Shown here one piece after another: positions 1-9,361 of a DNA stretch of 64,000 nt. The notes beneath the pieces are model-generated. The model was not told the DNA's origin. It worked only from the letters and a program-made list of their open reading frames with translations, and did no database searches. Origin of the DNA: Raja brachyura (taxonomy: Eukaryota). The position numbers and the translations under genes were made by a program. The stretch spans positions 65,782,001 to 65,846,000 of the forward strand of contig OY740782.1 in the NCBI GenBank assembly GCA_963514005.1. Direction: 5' to 3'. Within the stretch, counting starts at the first letter, position 1; each line of letters begins with the position of its first letter.

Positions 1-627
1 ATGCTTCAGTAATATTAGTATATACTAGGTCCAAAATATTGTTACCTCTGGTTGGGCAGGAGACATGTTGGTGGAATCTGGGGAGCACAGTTTTTAGGTT
101 GGAGTGGTTAAAATTGCCAGCAACAATAAAAGCCCCCTCTGGGTGGGCAGTTAGTTGTTTGCTGATAGCAGCTTGCAGCTCCTCCATTGCAAGCCTGGCA
201 TTAGCGTCCGGGGGTACATAGACTGCAGTGATGACAGTCGATGTAAATTCCCTGGGCAGATAGAAGGGCCTGCACTTTAACATCAGGTATTCTAGGTCAG
301 CAGAGCAGTGGCTACCAATCCTGACAGCGTCTGTGCACCATGAGTTGTTCACATAGATGCACAGTCCGCCGCCCTTGGTCTTACCGGAGTCCTCCGCTGA
401 TCTGTCGGCCCTGAAGACAGTGCGCCCCTCCAGCTCGACGGCGTTGTCGGGAATGTTGTCGGTGAGCCATGTCTCGGTGAAGACCATGGCGTTGCAGTCG
501 GCGATCCGTTTGTGTGTGGTGATGCGCAGCCGAAGTTCGTCGGTTTTACTCACCAGGGACCAGACATTGGCGAGGAAGATGCTGGGCAGAGCTGGCTGGT
601 GCGGATCTGATCTCAGCCTAGCCCGGA
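1..627 (-). mobile_element. Rex1/Babar-type non-LTR retrotransposon fragment, apurinic-like endonuclease region (continues off the window start)
   Basis: Minus strand translates to PSIFLANVWSL...VFTETWL...LKCRPFYLPREFTSTVITAVYVPPDAN...IVAGNFN, the APE motifs typical of this LINE clade. Confidence 0.8.
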
Positions 628-2597
628 GCAGTTGTTCTGTGGTAACTAATGAGCACTTGAAAGAAAGCATATTTGTTTTCAGAAAAATTAAATTTATAAA
701 CTGAACTGACCAACAAAATAGTTTTTTTTTTTCTATTGTTGTCATAATCTGGTCCTGGAAGCACAATAATTTGTCATGAGTGAGATGCCTTTATTGTACA
801 GCACTGTCTTTAATAAAAGGATCCAAAGTCCAGGTGTGTTAGAGATTATTTTCAATCTCCTCACACTTTACACTTAGCTGAGAGATGGGCAGGTGATTAT
901 TCTTTGGTGGTTACTAAAAGTAGTCCACCAGATGAATCGAGCAAACTGGCTTGAAACGGACTATTGAGAATATGGATTATTTTATCCATTTCAGTTCTAT
1001 GGAGTTCCTGATCTATAAAATAGTCCTCTTAAAAAAAACAACTGACAAATAGGCTTTTGCTTTTAGAAATTGCATTTCATGCAATGAAAAGCAATAGATG
1101 AAATCATTGCTTTACATTGCTTTGGAATTCATTGATTAATTCCAAATCAATGAAATTTAGGTGCACTTTGGCAATATGCATTTAGATCACAACATGTTGC
1201 ACTTCAGTGCTATATCCGTGGGAAAGATTTTTGGCCATTATGTGCAGTGTTGTGTATAAAGAACAATTTTGTTAAAACATAGTGAATGGCAGGAATCTCC
1301 TCACTCCAACCTCCACTAAGTGCACTTGTTGATTCTCAACGACATAGTTCACTGCTTTGTTTAAAATGACACAGGAAAATTGAAAATAAAATAATGCATT
1401 CAAGATAATTGAACATTTGAAACAGTGAACCTATGCAACTCACTTGTTACGGAAACCAATCACAATGAATATGTGTTCTTGGCAGTTGTCCCGGTATCCT
1501 CCTGATTCAAGTATACAAGAATCCTCATTGTGCTTGCAGCGCTTTTGATGTGTTTTTTTATATGCTGAAATGTCAAACCTCTGGAACTTCAACTTTAATG
1601 CACTTTCTGTGTACAGTTGACACTGATTATTGTTGTTCATTGGATTTGTCCTTTGGTTCTGAGCCAAGTTTATATTGTCCTGATGCAGGGCCGAGACCCC
1701 TAAAAAGTTGAGTGTCCCTTCCATACACCCCACCCCAAAAGATGCTAATCGATCCACTGAGTTCCTCCAGCAGTTTCTCTTATTTTACTTTGGTTTTCAG
1801 TTTGTGCAGTGTTTCCTCTTTGTTTGTTCTATCATGAAAACAGACATTCCTTTGCAGTTATAGTCAACCACATGCAGAGTGTATATTAATTTGATTATCT
1901 GAAGATGTTAGCATTGTTTTCCTATTGTGTTGAAAACAGTTACCGGTAGTTATGACAAATAAGATAGTGTTTCCTAATCAGCAGAGTTCATAGTTAGCAT
2001 AAATTTTTCACCCCATGAGACCACTCTTCATTTATCATCCAATGCACTGTGTATCGGGAAACAATTTGATTATTATGGAAATGACACTCAATATTATTCT
2101 TAATTATCATTTTCTAGCAGATGTGGGTGTTTCCGTAAATAAGGATACCGACCTGTTACATGGGACGACAAACTTGAAAGTTATTAAATCATAACGAAAT
2201 ACCACAGCATTAACATTGGGCTACCTGTGATCTCTTTGTGCTAATCTGTGATCAAAATCAACCAAAATGTAATACTTTCAAAATTTGAAGGAAAAAAAAG
2301 ACGAAAATTGTAATTTTGTTTTAACGTACATTAATGAGAAAGAATATGGTAACCTTTCATCGAATTTGATGTTAATTTACTTGAAATTTGTCCGGAAACA
2401 AAAGCGTCTGTGTAGACAGGGGAATACTTTCAACGATACCAGGCGTTATCTAGAACCTGATTACTTTCGATTCCCTTCGCTATAGTGCACACACTTTACA
2501 ACAACATAGCAAAAAGCAATTAAAGTTTAACAGAATTTAAAGCAACGTTTACGAAAAAAGAACGAAGAAGTGCAAAAAGATTTTACTAACCAACTAG

Positions 2598-2706
2598 AAT
2601 AGTAAGATTGAACGAGAACTTACCAGTTCGAAGGTTGATCATTATTTCATGAGGAGTCGAAGTGAGGGATTTCGTGAAGAGCCCGCCGGCGCGCATGCTC
2701 GACATA
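2598..2706 (-). repeat. DIRS right terminus: ITR plus 3' extension (rE)
   Basis: 2671-2706 ttcgtgaagagcccgccggcgcgcatgctcgacata is the exact reverse complement of 7849-7884; 2598-2676 is the exact reverse complement of 2820-2898. Confidence 0.93.
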
Positions 2707-2819
2707 CTTCAAAGTAGCGGCGTGGAATCACAGAAACCAATCAAGAAATGACTTCACATAGTAAGAATGAAACGACTAAGATTACCAGCTGAAGGTGATT
2801 GAGGGTTGGGCGAGGAGGG

Positions 2820-2932
2820 CACGAAATCCCTCACTTCGACTCCTCATGAAATAATGATCAACCTTCGAACTGGTAAGTTCTCGTTCAATCTTACTATTTC
2901 ATTTCGGAGTCACGTGAGTGACTTCGTGAAGA
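2820..2932 (-). repeat. DIRS internal complementary region (ICR)
   Basis: Reads ...tcaatcttacTATTtcatttcggagtcacgtgag..., the element 3' end joined to its 5' start, i.e. the circle junction. Confidence 0.93.
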
Positions 2933-3072
2933 CTTCAAAGCTTCTGTGATGACACGCCCTGGACCACGTCCATGCTGTCACACCACTACCAGGGATGGAT
3001 GGGAGGAATAACTTGCTGACTAGTCCATACTGCAAAACAAAGCATATTTATTAACAAACAAATCAAAACCCC

Positions 3073-4053
3073 TCATTCGGGGACATCTCCACGTTCTTGC
3101 CCCGCATCTAGCACGGCTTCTGCGAACTGTAGAGGCGCAGCAACGGGCCGGTTGTAGAACCGCTGGAACACCGTCTCATTAGCCCATCCTGCTGTGGCGA
3201 GAATATGGTCCATGGGCACCTCCATGACCCTCGCCGCCGACGTCGATGCAGCCCTGGTGGAATGAGATTTGAACACATTAGTGTCGATACCTGACTTACC
3301 CAAGACGACTCGAAGCCACCTGGATATCGTCTGTGTCACTCGGTGGTGAGGTCTCTTATGAGTGACAAGCAGGTATCTCTCCATTCCTCTGATGCTTGCC
3401 GTCACCTTGACGTAGTAACGGATATGGGAGGCTAAGCATAGCCTAGCATCGGCGGGGTATGCCGGGAACTTCAGCTGCAGCCCTGTGCACCCAGGTCTGT
3501 GTTGCTTCAGTAGCTCGTCAACAAAGAAAACTACTTCTGTGGGGGTAGACATCATTCTGTCGACACGTAGTTTGTGGAGTGTCTGTACCCTCTGTGCTGA
3601 AGTCAGCGCTAGTAACATCACCAGCTTCATGGTGAGTTTGTCCAGCTGGAGCCCTTCCATGGGGGACCACGTCCTGAGCAGAGTTAAAACGTCCCTGACA
3701 TCCCAGGTGATATTGTAACGTGGTGTAGGCGGATTCGTATTGAAAATACCCCGCATGATCCTGGACACTAGCCTGTTGGATCCCACCTCAATGTTGAGGT
3801 AGAATGATAGAGCGCTCCTGGCGCTGTTGATGGCACTGTAGCTTAAGTGTTCATCATGGTGCAACCCCGCGAGGAATTCCAGGACGTCGGTTATAGTCAC
3901 GGCATCGTACGTGATGCGAGAGCGGCTGCAGAAGGCTTCCCACTTCCTGATGTGAGAGCGGTATCTTCGCCTTGTAGACTCTCGGCACGACGCCGCAATG
4001 GTATCCATGGTCCGGGTAGAAAGGCCGTATTGTTGTAAAGGCCGATTCAGAAT
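3073..4053 (-). CDS. DIRS tyrosine recombinase (YR)
   Basis: Uninterrupted ORF with catalytic residues R (SAQRVQ), K (LLKQHR), HxxR (HSTR), W (AGW) and Y (RFY). First ATG is at 4008; the start given is the proposed splice acceptor boundary. Confidence 0.92.
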   Translation of the reverse strand: MLNRPLQQYGLSTRTMDTIAASCRESTRRRYRSHIRKWEAFCSRSRITYDAVTITDVLEFLAGLHHDEHLSYSAINSARSALSFYLNIEVGSNRLVSRIMRGIFNTNPPTPRYNITWDVRDVLTLLRTWSPMEGLQLDKLTMKLVMLLALTSAQRVQTLHKLRVDRMMSTPTEVVFFVDELLKQHRPGCTGLQLKFPAYPADARLCLASHIRYYVKVTASIRGMERYLLVTHKRPHHRVTQTISRWLRVVLGKSGIDTNVFKSHSTRAASTSAARVMEVPMDHILATAGWANETVFQRFYNRPVAAPLQFAEAVLDAGQERGDVPE

Positions 4054-6086
4054 CTGCAAGCCAACAAATTTAAATAGCCGTGGCAGGGATGTGGCTCCCC
4101 TGAAACAGGGTGAGTAACTAATTCTGGGCTACCCTGCAAACGGACCCAAGGTTCACTGAGCGTGTCAAAGACCATCGGATACCATGGCTGTGTAGGCCAG
4201 TCGGGTATGATAAGGATGCCCTTGGCACCGTCCATCTGAATTTTGCGTAATACCCGACTGATGAGGCAAAACGGGGGGAATGCATAGAAAAAGCAATTCC
4301 CCCAGTCTAGCGAGAATGCATCTAACGCTATAGCCCCAGGATCTGGTTCCCACGCGACGTAGATTGGTACCTGATGGTTCAACCGGGACGCAAAAAGGTC
4401 AATGTCCGGTTTCCCAAATTTGGCTGTGATTTTTGCAAAAATTTCAGGATGTAACATCCATTCAATATTATCATTGAACTTGCGTGACCTGGCGTCCGCC
4501 ACAATATTAAGCTCACCTGGCAAATAGGTAGCTGAAATCCAAATGTCTCTCTTGACACACCAGAGCCAAATTGAATTAGCCAATTTATCACATGAAACTG
4601 ACCTGGTACCGCCCATGTGGTTTAAATATGCCACCGCTGTGGTATTGTCTATTTGGAGCCGGACATGTGCTCCAATGATCTTGGAACAATATGCACGAAG
4701 TCCGTGAAACGCTGCAAGCAGCTCCAAATAGTTGATCCCTTGTGATACCAACATCGTATTCTCAAGGGTATCCCATCGGCCCCCACAACTAGAGAATTGA
4801 TTCGTAGCTCCCCAGCCATCAGAGCTCGCATCAGTTTGTAAGTATATCATCGGTTTCGCCTCAATAATAGTTTTGAACGATTTACTAATGTGGCAAACCC
4901 ACCATCGTAATTCATCCAATGCTGCAGGCGGCAGCCGCATTGATCGATCATAATGACCAGCATGCCGTCGCAACGCAACGATCTTGGCTCTCTGCAAGTT
5001 TTGATAATGCAGAGGTCCATACCGGGCTGCCGGAAACAAAGCCACAATCTTGCCAATGACAGTAGCTGTGTGACGAATCGATGGTATACGAGTATTAATC
5101 AAGTCTGTACACACCTGTGTTACCTCCTCAATTTTGTTAATTGGTATGGTGACTCTCATGCTAATGGAATTCACCTGGAACCCCAGATAATTAATTACCT
5201 GGGTGGGGCAGAACTTAGATTTTTCTGGATGAACAATGAACCCAAGCTGTTGGAACAAATTGACCGCAGCTGCCACCCCTTGTTGTGCTAATTCCAAGGT
5301 GTGGCCGACAATTAAAATATCATCTAAATAGGCCATAACAATATGATGTCTTTGTCTTAAATAAGCCATAATTGGCTTCACCAATTTAGTAAATAAGCGA
5401 GGGGCTGTGGTGAGCCCATTAGGCAACGCCCTATATTGCCACAGCTGATCCATCCAGATAAATTTTAAGAACCTTCTGTAATATTTTTTCATAGGTACGG
5501 TATAGTACGCATCCTGTAAATCAATGCATGCCATAAAGCACCCTTGTGAAATCAATGATTTGGCCGTTTCAAACGTGTCCATTTTAAAATGAGTATATGT
5601 TACAAAGTTATTCAGAGTGGTTAGATCAATAATGACTCTACAGCCTCCATCCTTCTTAGGTCTAGTAAAAATATTGGAAACAAATTCAACGGGCTCATGA
5701 ACCGTTCTCTCTATGACCCCTTTCTGTTCCAACCTTAAAATTTCCTTATAGCCTACTGACTGTTCCGCAGCCGTTAGTTTGAAAGTACAACCCGGTCTAT
5801 GCTGAGGTGGAGGGATGTCCCCATTAATAAACTCAATACTATGGCCCTGAATATTCCGTAACACATACTCATCGCTGGTAATGTCACCCCATGCACCCGC
5901 AAACAACCGCAAACGCCCACCAACATGTGGAGTTAAACAAAGAGAAAAAAGAGAACCAGATCGCCTCACCTCTGTGGTTACCGGCGGTCCCTGACACGAG
6001 TGGGTGGTCGTGGAGGTGCTGGGTTGGTTTGAGGTCGTGGCGTCCTCATTTTCCACCTCGGCTTCTGCCGAGCCTGTCCTAAAAAA
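4047..6086 (-). CDS. DIRS Pol: reverse transcriptase, RNase H and adenine-methyltransferase-like domain
   Basis: RT motifs IDLQDAY, LPNGL, YLDD; RNase H motifs TDAS, INYLEL, IDN, ADARSR; C-terminal DLFA...AFPPF...PDWPTQPWY. No ATG before the RT core; the start given is the proposed frameshift site. Confidence 0.92.
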   Translation of the reverse strand, partial: FFRTGSAEAEVENEDATTSNQPSTSTTTHSCQGPPVTTEVRRSGSLFSLCLTPHVGGRLRLFAGAWGDITSDEYVLRNIQGHSIEFINGDIPPPQHRPGCTFKLTAAEQSVGYKEILRLEQKGVIERTVHEPVEFVSNIFTRPKKDGGCRVIIDLTTLNNFVTYTHFKMDTFETAKSLISQGCFMACIDLQDAYYTVPMKKYYRRFLKFIWMDQLWQYRALPNGLTTAPRLFTKLVKPIMAYLRQRHHIVMAYLDDILIVGHTLELAQQGVAAAVNLFQQLGFIVHPEKSKFCPTQVINYLGFQVNSISMRVTIPINKIEEVTQVCTDLINTRIPSIRHTATVIGKIVALFPAARYGPLHYQNLQRAKIVALRRHAGHYDRSMRLPPAALDELRWWVCHISKSFKTIIEAKPMIYLQTDASSDGWGATNQFSSCGGRWDTLENTMLVSQGINYLELLAAFHGLRAYCSKIIGAHVRLQIDNTTAVAYLNHMGGTRSVSCDKLANSIWLWCVKRDIWISATYLPGELNIVADARSRKFNDNIEWMLHPEIFAKITAKFGKPDIDLFASRLNHQVPIYVAWEPDPGAIALDAFSLDWGNCFFYAFPPFCLISRVLRKIQMDGAKGILIIPDWPTQPWYPMVFDTLSEPWVRLQGSPELVTHPVSGEPHPCHGYLNLLACRF

Positions 6087-7717
6087 GACCCCTGGGGTTG
6101 GGGTGGCTGATAACGGTTTGGAGCTGGAGGGTAATTCCTGGTGGAAGTGCTGACAGACCCTCGTGAACGGCCAAGTGGGGCTTTCGAGCTTGATGGCGTG
6201 GGGGCACTGTGAGAGCGCATGAGCCCCACGGTCTTGGCTTGTTCATCCAGCTCTCTGACCCTTTTGGAGAGGTCTTCGCCAAAGAGCTGACGGGGCGGCG
6301 GCGGCGGCGGTGGTTTGCACAACCCTGCAAACTTAGGGTTGAGCGCTGGGCGGATGCTGTTTTTGCGAAAGCCGTTTATTTCGTTTTGAGTAGCGCACAG
6401 AAGCGCCAGAGCATCCTCCTGGTCCAAATTAATCTCCTCTCCGTCGACCGACCGCACAAAGGCAGTAATCCCGGCCATGAGGAGTTTCAGGATCCGCTGA
6501 ATTTTCAGCTCCTGCTGACGGATAGCCGCACTGATGTTGCCCCATATTGGCGTATTGACCACAGGCACGTTGAGGGAATTGCAGTTTGATGGAGCCTTGT
6601 GACGGCTCATGGCTTGTAGTAGGACTTCCTCCTGAAGCTGGTGATTATTTAGGAAGTCCACTGTGGCTGCCAACTTCGTATTGATGGGAAGCCCCAACGA
6701 ATGAGGGGCTGCAAATTTGGTAGCCACATCGAGGAGGTCCTCCGCCGGTAATTCAGGCGGGGGTGGGATGGGGTCAACCACGGCCTCCTCGTCCTGCTGC
6801 TCCAGGCTGATGTACGAAGCTGGTGATGAAGCCCTGTGCCTGTCGCTGCTGGATGCCTGTTGTTGTTGACCTTGTAGGAGAAGCTCCAGCAGCCGCTCCA
6901 TCCGGTCAATACGCCCTTCACCCTGAACACTCAGGTGGTCGGAGTCCTCCGGCTCTGAAAATTGGCCGGGGGTCCTGTCATCGGCCCGCACCTCGTCGAG
7001 GCCCTGCCGGTGCCGGTAGTTGTCGTCGACAGCCGCCGAGGCGAAACTGCGCGATTCCTGCACGGGCGTGTTCAACCGCCTCCGTTTAGCGGGAGCGGAA
7101 GCCGTTGCCTCTATGGACAGATGCGGCATGGTGTCGGCACCAGCCGAAGCCTGGATACCTTGGGCCCGTGCAGGCTTGCCAGCTGCCCACATCGTGGACC
7201 TTGCCGACGCATGGTCTCGCCCACCCATCCATGGGGGGCTCGGCGACCGTGACGGGACCCCCAACTGACTCGTGCCGGCGTCGAAAGTTGGGGGGCGACG
7301 GCTGGACCTCACAGCTGCCCCGGGTCCCGTCCTGGAACCTGACCGCTCCTTGGCGGCAGGCAGAGCCTTAGCCCCGACAGGGTTAGGCTGCTGGGCTCCT
7401 GCCCTTCCCCTTCTCAGAGGGCTGCGTGAAACGGGCCGTGCAGCCGCACGGACCCTTCTGCTCGAAGCCGTCAGCAAGCCTGCTGACGACCTGGCTGCCA
7501 TGGCAGGGTCGTCCTGCTCTGGCGGCACACCACACTCCTCCTCGTCGGACTCCTCCGAGCTGTGGTGTGCGGGCGGGTCCGGACCTGAAAATACAGAGCT
7601 CACCGACATCTCCGCCCTCGTTCCGGTCTGCGTTGCAGGTACCCCCGACAACTCTCGCTCCGGAACTGCTGGCCGGCGACTTCTCCTCGAACTCCGGTCT
7701 CTTAGACTCCCATCCAT
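5978..7717 (-). CDS. DIRS ORF1, Gag-like protein
   Basis: Long ORF from ATG 7717 with a low-complexity N-terminus; C-terminal domain (APSNC..LNVPVVNTPIWGNIS...SIRPALNPKF...LFGEDL) is shared with the second DIRS copy. Confidence 0.85.
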   Translation of the reverse strand: MDGSLRDRSSRRSRRPAVPERELSGVPATQTGTRAEMSVSSVFSGPDPPAHHSSEESDEEECGVPPEQDDPAMAARSSAGLLTASSRRVRAAARPVSRSPLRRGRAGAQQPNPVGAKALPAAKERSGSRTGPGAAVRSSRRPPTFDAGTSQLGVPSRSPSPPWMGGRDHASARSTMWAAGKPARAQGIQASAGADTMPHLSIEATASAPAKRRRLNTPVQESRSFASAAVDDNYRHRQGLDEVRADDRTPGQFSEPEDSDHLSVQGEGRIDRMERLLELLLQGQQQQASSSDRHRASSPASYISLEQQDEEAVVDPIPPPPELPAEDLLDVATKFAAPHSLGLPINTKLAATVDFLNNHQLQEEVLLQAMSRHKAPSNCNSLNVPVVNTPIWGNISAAIRQQELKIQRILKLLMAGITAFVRSVDGEEINLDQEDALALLCATQNEINGFRKNSIRPALNPKFAGLCKPPPPPPPRQLFGEDLSKRVRELDEQAKTVGLMRSHSAPTPSSSKAPLGRSRGSVSTSTRNYPPAPNRYQPPQPQGSFLGQARQKPRWKMRTPRPQTNPAPPRPPTRVRDRR

Positions 7718-7848
7718 GTTCTTGCTGTGAAGCAAACACAACAAGAACCACCAACTTAAGGTAACATACTTACCTGCGTGGTTCCCTTATGAAGGGCTGG
7801 CGAGGAGCACGCTCCTCCGTCAGCCGTCGCAGCAACGCGATACGACGA

Positions 7849-7912
7849 TATGTCGAGCATGCGCGCCGGCGGGCTCTTCACGAAGTCACTCACGTGACTC
7901 CGAAATGAAATA
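7849..7912 (-). repeat. DIRS left terminus (ITR plus ICR-complementary 5' end)
   Basis: Complementary to 2671-2706 and to ICR 2895-2932. Confidence 0.93.
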
Positions 7913-8815
7913 AGTGGGACCCGTTGGGTCCCAGTCACACGGGAGGCCTGGTTCCCTAACGCAACCCATTCCCCAATGCAATATTCCACCGCTCACCAAT
8001 ATCCCCAAACTGTGCAGGCACGGCTCATTTCCCCATATCTTGGGGAGGGGTGGGGGGGGAAGGGAGGGGAGCGGGATGGGGGGCAGCGAACGTTGTGGAG
8101 CCAGAGAGGGGGTGTGTGTGGGAGGGGAGTGTGGTGAGGGAGGTGTGGAGGCGGGGGGGAGGGTGTGGGCAGTGGGGGGGGGGTGTGGGGAGAGAGCTTG
8201 GAGAAATGACGGGGGTTGTGGGGGAGATGGGGGGGGGTATCACAGGGGAGGGGGGCAGGAGCCAGCAAGGGGGACCAGAGGTGAAGGGGCTGGAGGACTC
8301 ACAGCGGGCGATGTGGACTTACAGCGGGTACTGGGCGCTGGGCGTTTTCCTCCGGGATCAGAGTCTCCATTTTCCATTTGGCGCTATCGGCGACATCTCT
8401 GAATCCGCGCTGGGCCGCTTCCAATCCCTCCGAAAATTGTGTCTGGTTGGAAACCTCCGCCGGCCATCCAGAACCTCCCTCAGCTTCAATAAAGATGCGA
8501 TGGTGCAGGAAGGGGTGGACCGTCCCGCGGAGTGAGAGGAGAAAAGACCAATCCACGTGGCTCCGACTGGCAGGAGAATAGATCGATCTGATCGATTTTT
8601 ATTTCATGATTTCTATTCATCATTAGGTATTTCAATGGAAAGCTTAAACACAAAATATCAAGAATTAAAAGAAACAATAAATATAAAAATGGTTACACAT
8701 TTCACACGTTTTCACTACTCACGTTTTGCTGTAAAAACATTAGGCATCAGAAAACCATCAAATCAGGTGATAAATTATAAAAATCATAAACATAATCAAA
8801 ATTTAGCTTATATAG
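7913..8815 (-). mobile_element. Probable non-autonomous Helitron; its terminal CTAG lies at 2594-2597, beyond the DIRS insertion
   Basis: Removing the DIRS restores, on the minus strand, tgggaccc-aac-gggtccca-cttatt-CTAG|T: a GC-rich hairpin a few nt before CTAG, followed by T. The 5' end is uncertain. Includes a G-rich tract at about 8040-8290. Confidence 0.6.
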
Positions 8816-8850
8816 TTATTTAATTGCAAAATTAATGTGATTTTACCACA

Positions 8851-9361
8851 TCCTGTCCCACTTTTCAGGAGGGGTGTATGGGCGATTTTTCAGGCGACTG
8901 TGAAGTCGCCGGCGGTCGCCTGAATAATCAGCATCTGGAACGGCGATTCTCAGAGTGGAACACACACACACACATCGCTTCCTTCACCAGCCCGTTATGT
9001 AGGCGGGGGACAGGACAAGAGGGGGGAGTGCTGTCTGAGTGAAATTCACATGGTGCAAAGCCAATGTGATACAGACACACACCGCGATGAACAGGAAGGT
9101 TGGCGCTGTAATTAAGACAGTGAAAGCACAGTGTATGGGAAGGGTCACGTAAGTCCTTTAAAAGAGGGGGGGAGAAGGAGTTGAGACAACTTTGAAGAAG
9201 CCAGAGATACATGTTGAAAAATTTGCGGCGACCATAATGAGGCTGTGACTAGTTCCCAGAATGTGGGAACTCCTCATGACCATGAAGGCGACTACCTGGT
9301 AACCACCCGCGAACATGTGGCGACCGCATAGTCTTCTGCAGTCGCATACGTGGGACAGGCC
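8851..9361. mobile_element. PIF/Harbinger-like MITE
   Basis: Termini cctgtcccac ... gtgggacagg, the same TIR family as 17949-18133 and 23476-23950. Confidence 0.65.

Larger units (their letters stand above)
2598..7912 (-). mobile_element. Full-length DIRS1-like tyrosine-recombinase retrotransposon, all three ORFs open
   Basis: Gag-like, RT/RNaseH/MT and YR ORFs in order; 36-bp inverted terminal repeat (2671-2706 vs 7849-7884); internal complementary region 2820-2932 matching both ends; AATA (TATT on the element strand) at both junctions, 2598-2601 and 7909-7912. Confidence 0.96.

Noticed and set aside
3073-6056. Prophage or bacterial contamination (integrase plus Dam-like methylase)
   Set aside because: The YR, RT/RNaseH and ITR/ICR architecture is that of a eukaryotic DIRS element embedded in vertebrate repeats.
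6209-7764. Many overlapping + strand and alternative-frame ORFs
   Set aside because: Shadow ORFs of the GC-rich gag; no motifs and not conserved in copy 2.
7914-8581. Gly- or Pro-rich ORFs
   Set aside because: Products of a G-rich low-complexity tract inside a repeat.
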